Under the pieces are notes generated by a model that saw only the letters and a list, made by a program, of their open reading frames with translations, was not told the DNA's origin and made no database searches. A stretch of DNA of 64,000 bases from the NCBI RefSeq assembly GCF_009914755.1, contig NC_060928.1; one strand, given 5' to 3'. Position 1 is the first letter of the stretch, and every line of letters starts with the position of its first letter. Position numbers and translations under genes: made by a program. Shown in pieces: positions 46,058 through 58,830 of the stretch. The DNA is from the human T2T-CHM13v2.0 reference genome, Homo sapiens.

Positions 46058-46372
46058 GGCTGGATACAGTGGCTCACACCTGTAATCCCAGCACTTTGGG
46101 AGGCCAAGGCGGTCAGACTGCTTGAGCTCAGGAGTTCAAGACCAAGCTAAGCAACATGGAGAAACCGTATCTCTACAAAAAATACAAAAAATTAGCCGGG
46201 TGTGGAGGTGCACACCTGTAGTCCCAGCTACCTGCAGGGCTGAGGCAGGAGGATCACTTGAGCCTTGGGCCAGCAGGTCAAGACTGCAGTGAACCATGTT
46301 TAAGCCACTGCACTCCAGTCTGGGTGACAAAGCAAGACCCTGTCTCAAAGAAAATGAAATAAAATAATAATA
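46058..46372 (+). mobile_element. Alu (AluJ-like)
   Basis: Dimeric Alu with degenerate TSD aaaagatagctattt/aaaatatggttattt. Confidence 0.93.
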
Positions 46373-48135
46373 AAATATGGTTATTTCAATCAGAATCCTA
46401 GGACTGGGAAAATTCAGAGCAGGGGGAGCTAGGAAAACACGAGCAATTTTCCCCTCCTGCTTTACCAGTTATATTAATTGTGAATTATTTAAGTCTACTG
46501 GGTTTAAACTTGCCTGCATTGTAAGTACTTCTTGCTTTTAATTCTAAAATCAGATTTTCCAGACATACAGAAAAGTTAAAACAAAAAAAAAATGGTTGTA
46601 AAGGTGGGAAATACGGAAGCAAGAGGGGTTTTAGAAGAAACTAACGCTCAGAGCAACTTGAAAGGGAAAAACAAATTAACTTTGATCTGTTTTCATTAAG
46701 GAGAGAGCTAGATAGTGAAGCTGGAAAGGACACTATCATCTTGCTAGTTAAATGTGTGTGTGTTGTGTAATTAAAATGTCTAAATGTTCATAAAAAGATG
46801 ACATGCACATAAAATGTCATCTTGACTTATTAAAAAAACTGCTTTGCTCAAAAAAGGACATGTAGACCATATAAACTCTTGCCCTTAATAAAACAATCAG
46901 CAATTTTCTTTAATTTGTTCATCTTTCTTACAGTTCTCATATACATATTATATAAAATATACCAGTTTTTAAATATTGGCCTTCCAAATGTGAACACTGC
47001 AAATGTGTTAAGAGGAAAACAATGTCAGGTATCCATTTGTGATGGTGCAAATCAATGTCTCTAAAAAGAGCAGTCTGAACTATGGGTTATTGTTGTTACC
47101 AAACAGAAAAACAGTCTGTGTGACCATCACCAAGGAAGAAAAAGCGTAAAGTAAAAACACTGCTAAAAGCAAACAGAATTCTTGAACTGTCTGACATAAT
47201 TTGAGTTGAGAAATAAAGTGTACCTCAGCCCCTCAGTTTTAAAATCTGCTCAAATATTTGGTGCAAGTCTGTAGAGCTGGATTTCATTGAGCCGCTGGTC
47301 AATTGTTAGGGACAGAGGTGTATAAAAGGCAGATGAAGTCTTGTCTTCTCAAGGTCAATACATCTTCTCTAAAGTCCCCATACATCCCTAACTCTAATCA
47401 GTAATTGTCATTAAAAGCTCTCATTATGTGAAGTAGGTGCAATTAGAGCATCTTGCCCTCACAAGGTATACTGCACTGAGAAGGCTGGAGGTTCATAAAT
47501 TAGTGCCAATTCATTCTCCCTCTATCTTCCATACATTCTGCTGTGAGAGAGAAAAATTATATTCATACACATTAAGGCAAAAGCCCACTGGCCCCTACAA
47601 AATTACCCTAAACAGTAACTGTGGTTATTTGAGGAACTCCCTATTTCATTATGCGTCTCAGGAATAAAAGAGATAAAGTTTGCCATCAATAACACTGAAC
47701 ATATCTGCTGAAACCCGCAGATTCCAAGACATTAATAATTCAAAATCTTGTGGGAATTTTGTCATGGTGGAGATACGACTTGTCTGCAAACGGAGCTCAG
47801 GGGATGCTCAGTATGATCTATTCTTGTATATACATACAACTGCTGCATTCATCATGACATGCAAAAGAACACAGGACTCTGTTGTATCTCTATAATTTCT
47901 GAAATTCGTGAATCTATATTATAAAGTCATTATGCATAACATAATATGTTCCCATTCTCACATGAAGGGTAACCATGATAATATGTCATTATACCATACA
48001 GACTAAAAGGATTGGTAAATATATTCTATCTCCCTTATCTCTTAAACCTATGTGCCATAATTTAAAAAACATTGAGATTGAATGGTCAGAGGCAGAAAAG
48101 AGAGAAAAACACCTTGGCTGTCTCTCTAGTGGGAG

Positions 48136-48250
48136 ATATATATGTATGTGTATATATGTGTGGGTCTATATATGTGCATGTATATATTTTTATGTTTATA
48201 TATGTGTGCAAAGATGAATACACACACACACTCACTCATACTCACATACC
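48136..48250. repeat. Degenerate (TA/TG)n then (CA)n simple repeat
   Basis: Read directly. Confidence 0.75.
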
Positions 48251-48772
48251 TATGACCTTCAGATTTACTGAAAAACAAAAAATTGGCAATGCCAATTATG
48301 TCACTCATTGTTGTCCCAGGGCTCATCACCTATGAAGATGACAATAGCAAAAATATCCACCAATATTTTTCCCCAAAGGTCCCTTAAGAGATGAGCCAGA
48401 CCCCTCAATGCCTGGTGAAAGATTTTGAACAATTCTTAATACTAAAGCCAGAATAATCTTTCTAAAACTCAAATTGAATAGCATCATTCTCTTGTGAAAA
48501 TTCTTCCTATTGCCCTTAGAGTAAAGCCCTGATACCTCCTTAACAAAACCCACAAGACACTGCATGACCTTGCTACCACTGACTACCTCAGCTTCATCTC
48601 AAGCAATTCTCCTCTCCATTTTCTGAGCTCATGGCACAATGGCTTTCTTTTAGTTCCTTAAAAACAACATGGGCAATCCTGCCTCAAGGCCCTTGATCAT
48701 GGTGTTCTCTCTTAATAAATGTTCTCCACTTAGGAAATTCCATTGTTCAGGTCTCAGCTTAAAAGTCAATTG

Positions 48773-48901
48773 TGTCCCAGCTATTGCAGGGTGGTGGGTG
48801 GCTGAGGTGGAATGGTCACCTGAGCACAGGAGGTAGCGGTTGCAGTGAGCTGTGATCATGCCACCACACTCCAGCCTGGATGACAGAGCAAGGCCCTGTC
48901 T

Positions 48902-48928
<27 letters not shown>
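48773..48928 (+). mobile_element. 5'-truncated Alu right arm (AluJ/FRAM-like)
   Basis: Begins at gtcccagcta and ends ccctgtctc plus a run of 30 A. Perfect TSD aaaagtcaattg at 48761-48772 and 48929-48940, preceded by TT (canonical TT/AAAA). Confidence 0.9.
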
Positions 48929-48935
<7 letters not shown>

Positions 48936-48944
48936 AATTGCTAC

Positions 48945-49140
48945 TAAGTGTTTCTGTGTGTTAGGCATTATGCTCCATTCTTTACATGCATTTTTAAAAT
49001 TTAGCTTTTATAACAACCCCATGAGCTTATTAGCATTATCTCCATTTACAGATGTGAAAATGAGTCCTAGAAAGATTAAGAAATATGTACAAGATCACAG
49101 AGCTTGTAAATGGTGGAGGTGGAATTCACTGAGGTAGTCC
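48945..49140 (-). mobile_element. MIR within an L2 relic (~48440-49330)
   Basis: 'ataacaaccccatgag...attatctccatttacagatgtgaaaatgag...aagatcacagagcttgtaaatgg'. Confidence 0.7.
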
Positions 49141-50089
49141 TTCTACTACATTATCTCTTTATACTTTACACTCTGGTTAACAACTTTGACATAATCAGTA
49201 GCTTAATGTTTTCTTTCCACACTAGAATGTAACCTCCATAAAGACAGAAAGTACCCTGTTCACTATGGAATAGACATTGTGCTGGCACTGGGAACAAATA
49301 AATGAACAAATGTTTCTTCTTGAATGAATGAGTGCATGGCATACTGAGTAATTTCTATAAAACACAGAGGAAAGAAAGGCTACCTTAAAAGAGTTCAAGA
49401 TACATTGCTACCTATCCAACTCAAGCAGTGAATTTGGAAAGTTGAAATTGGGATAAATTATTACCAAATACTGTATGAAGTTCCATCAAAATCCATAGTA
49501 AATATAATCTGAATATAAAATGTATGAAACTAGTCTTTAGGGGAAGGGAATATACAGGCACCTACCAATAAGAGCAATTATTCTGGGAACCTTTTGAAAA
49601 TTCAGTGCTCTATAGCATTCAGAGTAGGCCTGATAGCTCCTGACTTCAATTTCAAAGTACAAACACATTTAAAATCTCATTTAAAAATTATGTATAATTA
49701 AGGTAAAATTGTTTCAAAGACCCATAGAATATCCACTTCAATGAATATAGCTAAAATATGGGAATCTAAACAGAGTCAGTATTATTCTGTATTATTTCAG
49801 GAAATCTAATCAGCACAATTGGAAGTTTTCTTGAACTTGATATGTAAGGCCAATATCACCGACTCTGGGGACTGGTCAAGGTCAGCCCTAGATTTCGAAT
49901 TCTCATAATCCATGGTTATAACATAAATAAAAACCTGATTTAAGTCTTTATTTCAACATCCTACCTCATTAAATCTTTTATCTACCAGTGCTGTGACTAA
50001 ATAACAAAATCAATAGGTATTGTTTCTTATTTTTCCTTTCTACAACAAAGAAATGGCCAAGGTATGATGAGCTTGCCATGAAAAGATTT

Positions 50090-50373
50090 TCAAGGGAGTA
50101 CAGCTCTGTTGCCCAGGCTGTAGTGCAGTGGCGCAATCTTGGCTCACTGCAACCTCAGCCTCCTGAGTTCAAGCAATTCTCATGCCTCAGCCTCCTGAGG
50201 AGCTGGGACTACTACAAGAGCACACCATTACACCCGGCTAATTTTTGTATTTTAGTAGAGATGGGGTTTTGCCATGTTGCCCAGGCTGTTCTCGAACTCC
50301 TGAGCTCAGGCAATTCATCCGCCTCGGCCTCCCAAAGTGCTAGGATTACAAACCTGAACCACCGTGCCCAGCC
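50090..50373 (-). mobile_element. Alu lacking its poly(A) tail
   Basis: 'ggagtacagctctgttgcccaggctg...ccaccgtgcccagcc', with no poly(T) at the left boundary. Confidence 0.9.
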
Positions 50374-50798
50374 CCACACTTTTATCTTCAAGCAATACTG
50401 TATACTGATTTAGGGAGCAAACAGAGTCCAAACATGTACACACACAATAAACATGAACCACATAAACAAATGAAAATATGGAAGACATTGGAAAAGATTC
50501 AAGTATATCTTTCTTCTGAGTCCTTTTTCTCACCCATGGGATCACATTTCTCCATATTCTTATTCATATGGTATAAATTGAATAATTTCTATTCCTAAAA
50601 ACTCATGCCTTTTTAGAAATACATGACCTTTGTTCAGCTACAAGAAACATTAAAAGGGAATATTGTTCTCCAAACAACATTTCTACTTCTTCCATAAAGC
50701 CTTCCTTGATATTCTCCGTTTTCTCCTCTGAACTCTCACTCCATGTTTCCATGTCACCTCTCCTGCTATTACATGCTTCTCTATTAAAATGCAGTTTT

Positions 50799-51122
50799 GG
50801 CTGGGCACAGTAGCTTATGCCTATAATCCCAGCACCTTTGGAGGTGGAGGCTGGAGGACTGCCTGAGAACAGGAGTTTGAGACCAGCCTCAGCAATATAG
50901 CAAGACCCCCAACTCTACAAAAAAAGAAAAAAAAAATTTAACTTAGCCAGGCAATGTGGCTAACATAGTGCCAGAACATAGTCCCAGCTGTTCAAAAAGC
51001 TGAGGCAGGAGGATTGCTTTGGGCCCAGAAGTTCGAGGCTGCAGTGTGCCGTGATCATGCCACTGCACTACATTCTAGGTAACAGAGCAAAACACTGTCT
51101 CAAAAGAAACAAACAAATAAAA
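50799..51122 (+). mobile_element. Alu (AluJ-like, diverged)
   Basis: ggctgggcacagtagcttatgcctataatcccagc...gttcgaggctgcagtg...actgtctcaaaa. Confidence 0.9.
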
Positions 51123-54100
51123 CCCCCACACAGTTGCTACTATCTTGTATTTCATAGATTTATGTGTACATGGCTTCCTTTTTAAAGCAGAAGTTCATTC
51201 AGGCAGATTTTACATCTGAATATTTTTTGTAACCATTCCTTCCCCAGCACTTTTCATATTGGTGCACCTAATAGATAGAACAATTTACTGCACAAATAAA
51301 TGACATGGCTGCTTGTGAGTGAACTGGAGTCAGGTGCTGACACATATATTTGCTCCCAACATACACTAACATCGGACATGCTTTTTAGTATTAATATGTA
51401 ATAACGTCAATGAAAACCAAAACGAGTATATATATATATATTACACAATTACATAGCATGAATGTCTTGCTAGAGGAGTGTTACTACTTTGTTTGTTCAA
51501 TATTTCAATATATTTTCTATCCCCCAAGTCACCTCTGTACATAGTACTTGTATTCAACCATACATGTCATTTGTTTTTCTTTGTTCAGTTTGAACTCTAT
51601 AGAACTTAGCATACATGAAAATCAATGAGATGTCCTCATAAAAGTAAGCCAAGTTAGCCTTTGAATTTGAGACACTGATCATTCTTCTTTCTTTAAATGT
51701 ATGTATCATGGATTGCTCTCATTATACGACAATCTACGAGGTTTTTCTCCCACATCCTTCCAATATTAATTATTTCTTCTCTCTGGCTCAGACATATTAT
51801 ATAAAAGGTTGCTTAATCATGTCTATCTGAAGAGGATTGATAAGGTAACTAGATTCTGGTACCATTTGACATTTTGTTCCCTAACTGAATCACCCTGCTT
51901 GGTTCAAGTCTTTGACTACAAAATGGGACCATTATGTTAACTTTTAAATAAAGGAATAACTAATTAAACCAAAGTAATTCAAAGGGCTTGCAACATGGAA
52001 AGAAACACAGATACTCATAGAAAAGTCTATTTTAGTGGAAAGAGAATATCTAAATAAAAATTTTCCTTCAAGTGATGGATATTTTACCAAAAGCTTTAAA
52101 TCAAATAAATTATTTTGTACATTATGGTATGAAAGTCAAAAGCTCATGAAAGTAGAAAAGGTTGATAGTTTTAGATTACATTACCCTAAATAAAGAAGGA
52201 ATTGTTGCTGACATCACCTTAAATATACTGCATATTGACATGTTTTTGAAGGAATTACAGTTGTGTGGAACAAGTCAAAATCAAATTTAGTTCAATCAGT
52301 TGCAGCACATTTTTTAAAAATAAAAACATATTAGGATACAAATACATGAAAAGGCCTTACCAACCTTACTCTTTATGTACCAAATTTTTAAATCCATGCT
52401 TATTTGCAAGCAAAAAAATATGTACTTTGGTAAAATTGTGGGATTATATATATTCAGAAAAAGAGTAATTGCACATACACACAAATTCCGGACCACTACT
52501 TCCTTTAAAATCACTGAAAAAAAAAAGCATTGAGGGACCAGCCCCTTTAGAAATTCAGTACAATATGTTTAAACCCATACAAAGAAAAGTCACCAAGATT
52601 TAAACACAAATAACAAAAGGAAAAGGAGAAAAAGAAAGAAGAGAATTAAGTCAAACACTCTGTTAACTGAATTCAGACTTTCGGCTTTTACAGGCCATTA
52701 ATCTAATATATGCCAAATTAGATTTTCAAATTCCATAACATTTGATTTCTTTTCTAAAACCAGTTTACCCTCAATCCCAGAAGTTTTTCTTTCAAAGATA
52801 AACTACAATTCTAAGTGGAATTTCTATTCAACTAGGAATTCTGTTGTTTTTTTAAAGTATTTATGAATCATATTTATGATATTTACGATTTTACTCTCCC
52901 CAAACATTACTTTTGACTTTAATAAAGTTAAGACCGATGTAAGAACTAAAAGATGGTTTACTGTGTATTAAATAACGCTCATTTTAAAGCAGGGCCACTT
53001 GCACACTATATGTCAACTAAAATAATGTCAGAAAAGTTTTCAGACATCTGGGTATTTCTTCCAACTTAACAACTCAAACAACACCAAAATTATCCAGGAA
53101 TTTCAGGATAAAATAGTTCTGCTTTAGAAACACATCCCCAATAATGTATATAATTGATCACTGGTAACCTTTCTCATTTGTGCTGTGGAGACAAAATCCT
53201 TGAGCTTGAAGAAACCATAACTATGTTCTGGTCTGCACGAGGGATAGTTTGCATAGGATTTTTAGCAGTTGGGGAGCTTGAAGCTTTCCTTCATATCCTG
53301 TTTAATGGGACTTCTAATTAATGTCACTCGTGAACTTTAAATTGCAGAGTGAGATCATCCACACACAATTCCTTCATTATGGCTAGTCCACTCACACTGA
53401 AGCAGTGTTGAAACATTAAGTCTGCAAGTTGTTCAAGAGCCAATAAATAAAGAACTGCAACAGGATGCCCAAGTAGTCCTTGTACAGTCAGTAAATTTAA
53501 CGTGGCTTCAAAACAGGAGAGCAGAGGAAACACCTTTAGGAATTCTCTGGGGTATGATTTAACAATACAAAACAAGAGTGGAAACTAAAGCTGAAAGAAA
53601 AACTGGATAAAGCAATAACAAACGAAGTTGTTCATTTTGGGCAGAGACTCTGAGGACCAGAAGTTTAAGACATGAAGTTGTAAAGCAAAGTTCGCTCTTC
53701 AGGCAGCCCAGGTATATATAATGTCACAAGTGTCCAAAGATTTATTGACGTAGCATTGGAATTTTCTGCAACATCATGTAATCAGAACACAATAACTCTT
53801 AGGAGCGTCTTGACATTTCTGAAAATATGTGGATATGCATGTGAATGACTGTATGAATAGGGAAAAATATTCTGTTGTGTACTAAAAAATAGATAAATCT
53901 TTTTACATGAGTCAGTATCCTACAATTTGACATTTATTTTGGCAATAAAGTATCAATTAGGATATAAGGAAGAGCCATGTAAAAAAGTTAATAATTACAT
54001 ACACTCGTATATACACACATTTATACATACACAGAAAATGAATGTGTGGCATCCATTATAGCTTAAATATTTAGTTAACTTTCTGGTTAAAGATATAGTT

Positions 54101-54572
54101 AGAGAAGTAGTATCAAAAAGATTCTTCATCACAAAAGAAGTCAGAGAAGAAAAATTAAGATCAAGAAAAGCAGAAACACCAAAGGAGAATCTATATTCCA
54201 TCAACTTCTTACCAAACCGTGGAATATTTGTTATAAGAAAAGTAGACAAGCCTAGGACCAGTGATCAGGAAGTCCTCTAATTTGACATAATAAGAAACAG
54301 ATTTATGGACCACAGCATGCTGGAATTACTATTCTTCAGAAAAGAATCTGTGGGTGATGTCAAAAGACAAGAATAAAATGTGGCTTTGTAAAGGCTTTGA
54401 GAGGCAGAAACAAACAACAAGTACATCCTGAAAAAGGAGAAAAGAATGGAGAGAAAAAATAGCCAAAGTGGGAAAAGAGAAACTCTGCATGTGACTAGGT
54501 ATCACAGACCAGTGACTGGTAAGACTCCCAAAGTCCCAGGGTTTTTGCTCTAGCTGAATCCTAGAAAAATGG

Positions 54573-56130
54573 TTCATTTATTCTACAGATATTTAGCACA
54601 TACTAGGTGCCAGGCACTGTGTAAGCAGCAGGAGAACGGGAGTGAAAAAGGCAGACAAGGACCCGACTCTCTAGTGGAGATTGACAGGCAATGGGGAAAT
54701 TAACAAGATTAACTTTTAATAGTGGTAACCTAGCTGATAAGAGAATAAACAGGGTAATGTGATAGAAAGCACTAGGGCAGTATTCAGGGAAGGCCACTGT
54801 AGAGCTGTCATTTGAGCTGACACTGGAGTGACAAGAGGAGCAAATCTAGTGAAGATCGGAGGAAAGAGTGTTCTAGACACAGGGGGTGGCTAGTTCAAAG
54901 GTTCTGAGGAGAAAACAGGCTTGAAATGCTTGAGGGGAGAAAGTCTTTGCTGCTGTGGTGAGCTGACTGTGGAGGGTGTAGCATAAGGTGGAGCCACAGA
55001 GGAAGGGCGAGCTAGATAACAGGGCTTACTGGTTGGGATAAGGAGTGTAGATTTTAACCTAAGGGCAATAGGAAGTTAAGAAAGGTTTTTAACACCAAGA
55101 AAGAGTTGGGAGAGAGTATGGGAATACAATGTAAACGTTTATATTATTTAAAGATTACTACAGCCAATGTGTGGAGTCAAAATTTCAGGGGGATTAGAGT
55201 AGAAGGAGGTGGACCAATTAGGGAATAATTACAGCAACAGGCATAATTACAGCACAAGAGGCAAAATGAGTTAATGGCATCTTGAATTTGAATAGTCATA
55301 GTGAAGATGAAGAGAAGTTGATAAACTCAAGATACAGTTTGAAAATAGATCCGATAGCATTTTCTGATAAATCAGATACGGGGAGGGGAAGACAATGGAA
55401 AGAGAGAAATCAAGGAACATTTTTAAGACCACGTAACGGGGAGAGGCATTCACTGAATTAAGAAATATAGAGAAAGAAGCAGTTTAAGGATGGTGAGATC
55501 AAGACTTCTACTTTGCGCACAGTAAGCTTGAAATACTTTTTAGATATCTAGGATGGAACATAACGTAGGCATTTTGATGTATGAGTCCAGCATTTAAGAA
55601 AAAAATCAGTGTTGAAGATATCAATTGGCACAGAACAAGCATTTTGATGTTACATCAAACCACAGGGTTGGATGATTGGATAAATTTTCCTGGGAAGATA
55701 TTGTAGACAGAGTAAAGGCCAGGACCCACAGCCAGGCCTGAGACCCTCTAACATTTAGAGGTTACAGAACCTATGTAGGGAATTGAGAAGGGGAGCAGTC
55801 AGTGAAGTAGACAAAAACCCCAGGAGAAAGAGGTATCATGGAAATGAAAAGAGAAACATGTTACAAGCAGCAAGTGATCAATATTGTCTACTACTGCCAA
55901 GTGTTTTTGTAAGATGAGGACAGAAAAATCACCACTGGATTTGGAAGATGGAGGTCACTGGTGACCTTGACAAGGGTAGAGCCTAAAGGCTGAGTAGAAT
56001 GCTAGGGAGGCTTAATTAAATTGGGTATGGGGTGGGATTGGCACTGTTAAAAGTAGAAATTGGAACACTTGTTTCAAATTTTGCTTGAAAGAAGAGCATA
56101 AAATAGGGCAGTGGCTAAAGGGGTACTCGG
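54573..56130 (-). mobile_element. Long L2 relic
   Basis: Starts 'ttcatttattctacagatatttagcacatactaggtgccaggcactgtg' and includes the L2 motif 'ccactggatttggaagatggaggtcactggtgaccttgacaag'. Confidence 0.8.
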
Positions 56131-57319
56131 GCGGTGTTATAAGAGCACGATCCAGTAGAGGTTCACAGTCATCCTATTCTGGTTTCTAGGCTTTAGTACA
56201 AATACCTAGGATGAAAAGCAGGATCTCGAATTACTTACTGAGTGACTTATCGAAACGTTTTCTGAACATCTACTAGATGTGAGGCACTGTGGTAGTAATT
56301 AGAATAGAACTAAGGATATGGGCTCTGAATTTCAGCACTTGAGCTCTTGCTAGGGAGCAGAACCTTCATCTGAGACTTGTGGAATTTTTCCACAAGTTTT
56401 TTTGGTTCCAAGGAACCAAAAAAGTAGGCTAAGCTCCAGGTCCTTCTGAACATACTCACCATTTGATGACAGACGTGAATGAATAGTGTGTCGATAAGGG
56501 TTTCTACCTTCCCTACAGATACATTGTTTACTTAAAGAACAAATTTTCTGGTCTTGCAGACATGAAAAGAAGAATACAAAATAAACAGAAGTGAGTCTGC
56601 ATGCACTAAAAATTGCATAAAATGTATGTTGACATTTAGGGAATGAATATCTACTTACATATAAAAGTGTAAAGAAAATTAGCAACAAGAAAAATACTCC
56701 CAAAGTAACAAAGTAAAAAATGAAGATATCAATGAAAGAAAAGAAACTGCAAACACTGGATGACCCCAAGATTCAGAACAGCTAAAATTTGCTAGCTGAG
56801 TAAGGAATCAGAGAGGAGCATCAGCTGAAGTCATTCAGCAATGATCAATCAGTATTTTTCTGAGAGATCATAAGCTACTCTGACGGCAGGCGATAAAATC
56901 TTCTGGTTGGAAAGACCTTCTCTATTCTAATCTCCTGATTTACACTGGCTGCTGATCCCTTAGTAACCCTTAGTGCTTCACAATCCTCCTATACCCACTG
57001 TCCTCCCCAAATTATGGTTACTATCTGACTTGGTTCATCTTCTGGATGATGATGGATGACTTAATTACAGAAATGAAGGCAAAAATGAAATACAAAAGGA
57101 GAGGCCAGATATGAACAAAGGGGCAAACACACAGCCCTCTTACTATGGTTCCTTATTACTAAGCTTTGTATTTCCCAATGCCCAGGAGACCTGCATAACC
57201 ACACTGGTGAGAGACGGAATAAAGAAAGAACAAAATGAGGGAAAGCAACACTTATTGCATGCCTCTTACACGCCAGTAACTCTGCCTAGGTTTTTCATGT
57301 TTTTTTTCAGGTTGGTTGC

Positions 57320-57450
57320 TGAACAATCCTGAGTTGCCTGTGGATGAGGAAACAGTGAACAAAAAGAGATAAGAGTCTTGCCCAAATTCACAGAGCAGCA
57401 CAGACTGTGTGATTCGAAATACCACTATCTTCCCATTATAAAACACTGTG
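57320..57450 (-). mobile_element. MIR relic
   Basis: 'ggatgaggaaacag...cttgcccaaattcacagagc'. Confidence 0.5.
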
Positions 57451-57779
57451 GATTCCATATGCTTGAAATATATTAAATCGAGAAGAAATAACATGGAAAA
57501 TAGTAAGTCAAATAATATAGAAGTGTAACTTGTACTTTGGGGTGCTTTGAATCAGTATTTTTTGTTCAGTTTTCATAGGTCATCTAAGCTAATAATTAGA
57601 TCAAAATAAACTTTATATTTTTAAAACCCAGATTAAAGATGATAATTAGGTATTAAATCTGTTTCAAATGGAATAAAAATTTACATCTATACCACCACTA
57701 CAAAAAATGTACACATATAGACACTCAATTATTATCTTCATACCTAATTGAGAGTGAGTTGCAGACATGATACCCCATT

Positions 57780-58300
57780 GGTGGAGAATAGCATCTAGAA
57801 ACCAAGATCCAGCATGCTAGGTACACTTATTGCTACTGGAGTGAAACTGATTTTAGGCTCTTTCAGTGGACACTGGTAGGAAAGATACATATGTGTATAC
57901 ACACATACCAATATCTGTTATATCTATTTTATATCTATCTATCTACATGTATTTTTAAAACATCAGGCAATACTGATACCTCTAATTTCAGTCAGCACCA
58001 CAGGATGTATGCTAGTCTTCTCCCTTTCCATATTCATAACTCCCTTCTTCAACAGAGAGAAGTCAGGCTCCCATTACCCTTATTTCCTCATACCTCCTGC
58101 ATGTAACCAATCTACTGGCCCTATCAGCCCCAACTGCCTCCTTACTCTTACCCACCTCCTGAGACTTCATCCCAGTCACCTCTTCAGCCCTGACCGCCTC
58201 CTGGGCCCAACACACCCGCTTGGTCCTAACTGCTTCCTCAGCCCTGACCCCACAGGCCACTCCAACCCTGGCTGCCTCAAGGGGAGGGAAGGAAACCAAA
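57780..58300 (-). mobile_element. L1MC4/L1MD-type 3' region relic
   Basis: 'tctagaaaccaagatc...gctaggtacacttattgctactgg...tactgatacctctaatt...ggctcccatta'. Confidence 0.6.
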
Positions 58301-58585
58301 AACATGTTTTAAAAAACAGAAGAGGAAAGGGGAAAAAGGGGGGCAGGGGGACAGGAATAAGTAGCAGAAGAGCTCACCCTCATTCTTGAATGATGGTCTA
58401 CTTGGGAATAATCTAGGCTAGCAATTGTTTTCTAACTCCATTTCGCCTTGAAGACATTCCATTTTGGGGGGCCTCTATTACTGCTTTAGAGAAGCCAGCT
58501 GTCACACTAATTGTTGTTTATGCTGTTGTTGTTTTTTAGAAAGTTGTCTTTTCTCTCTGTTTCACCTGAAGATTTTCTCTTTGAA

Positions 58586-58830
58586 CAGTGTATGTAGTGG
58601 TTAAGAGCACAGCTTCAAGAGCCAGATTGTCTGAATTCAAATCCCAGCTTGACCACAGACTAGCAGTGTAGTCTTGCAAAAATTTTCTAACTTTTCTGTG
58701 CCTTTTCTCTTCAGGAAAATGAGAATAATAATGAGTTAATGTCTATAAATATATGAGTTGGTATATATAAAGTGCTTAGAAGAGTACCTGCCACAAAGAA
58801 TCCACTATCTGTTTGTTATTACTGCTAGTA
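58586..58830 (+). mobile_element. MIR, near full length, within an old L1 fragment
   Basis: 'gtagtggttaagagcacag...gagccagattgtctgaattcaaatcccagc...aaagtgcttagaagagtacctg'. Confidence 0.8.

Noticed and set aside
55224-55262. Short tandem duplication ataattacagca (also agacctat twice at ~27541)
   Set aside because: Ordinary slippage duplications in old repeat or neutral sequence.
58120-58260. C-rich degenerate repeats (cagccctgacc twice, c.aactgc.tcct twice) within a 126-aa Pro/Leu-rich ORF
   Set aside because: The units are few and irregular, contiguous with an L1MC-type relic, and have no constant repeat-spacer period, so this is neither a CRISPR-like array nor a credible exon.
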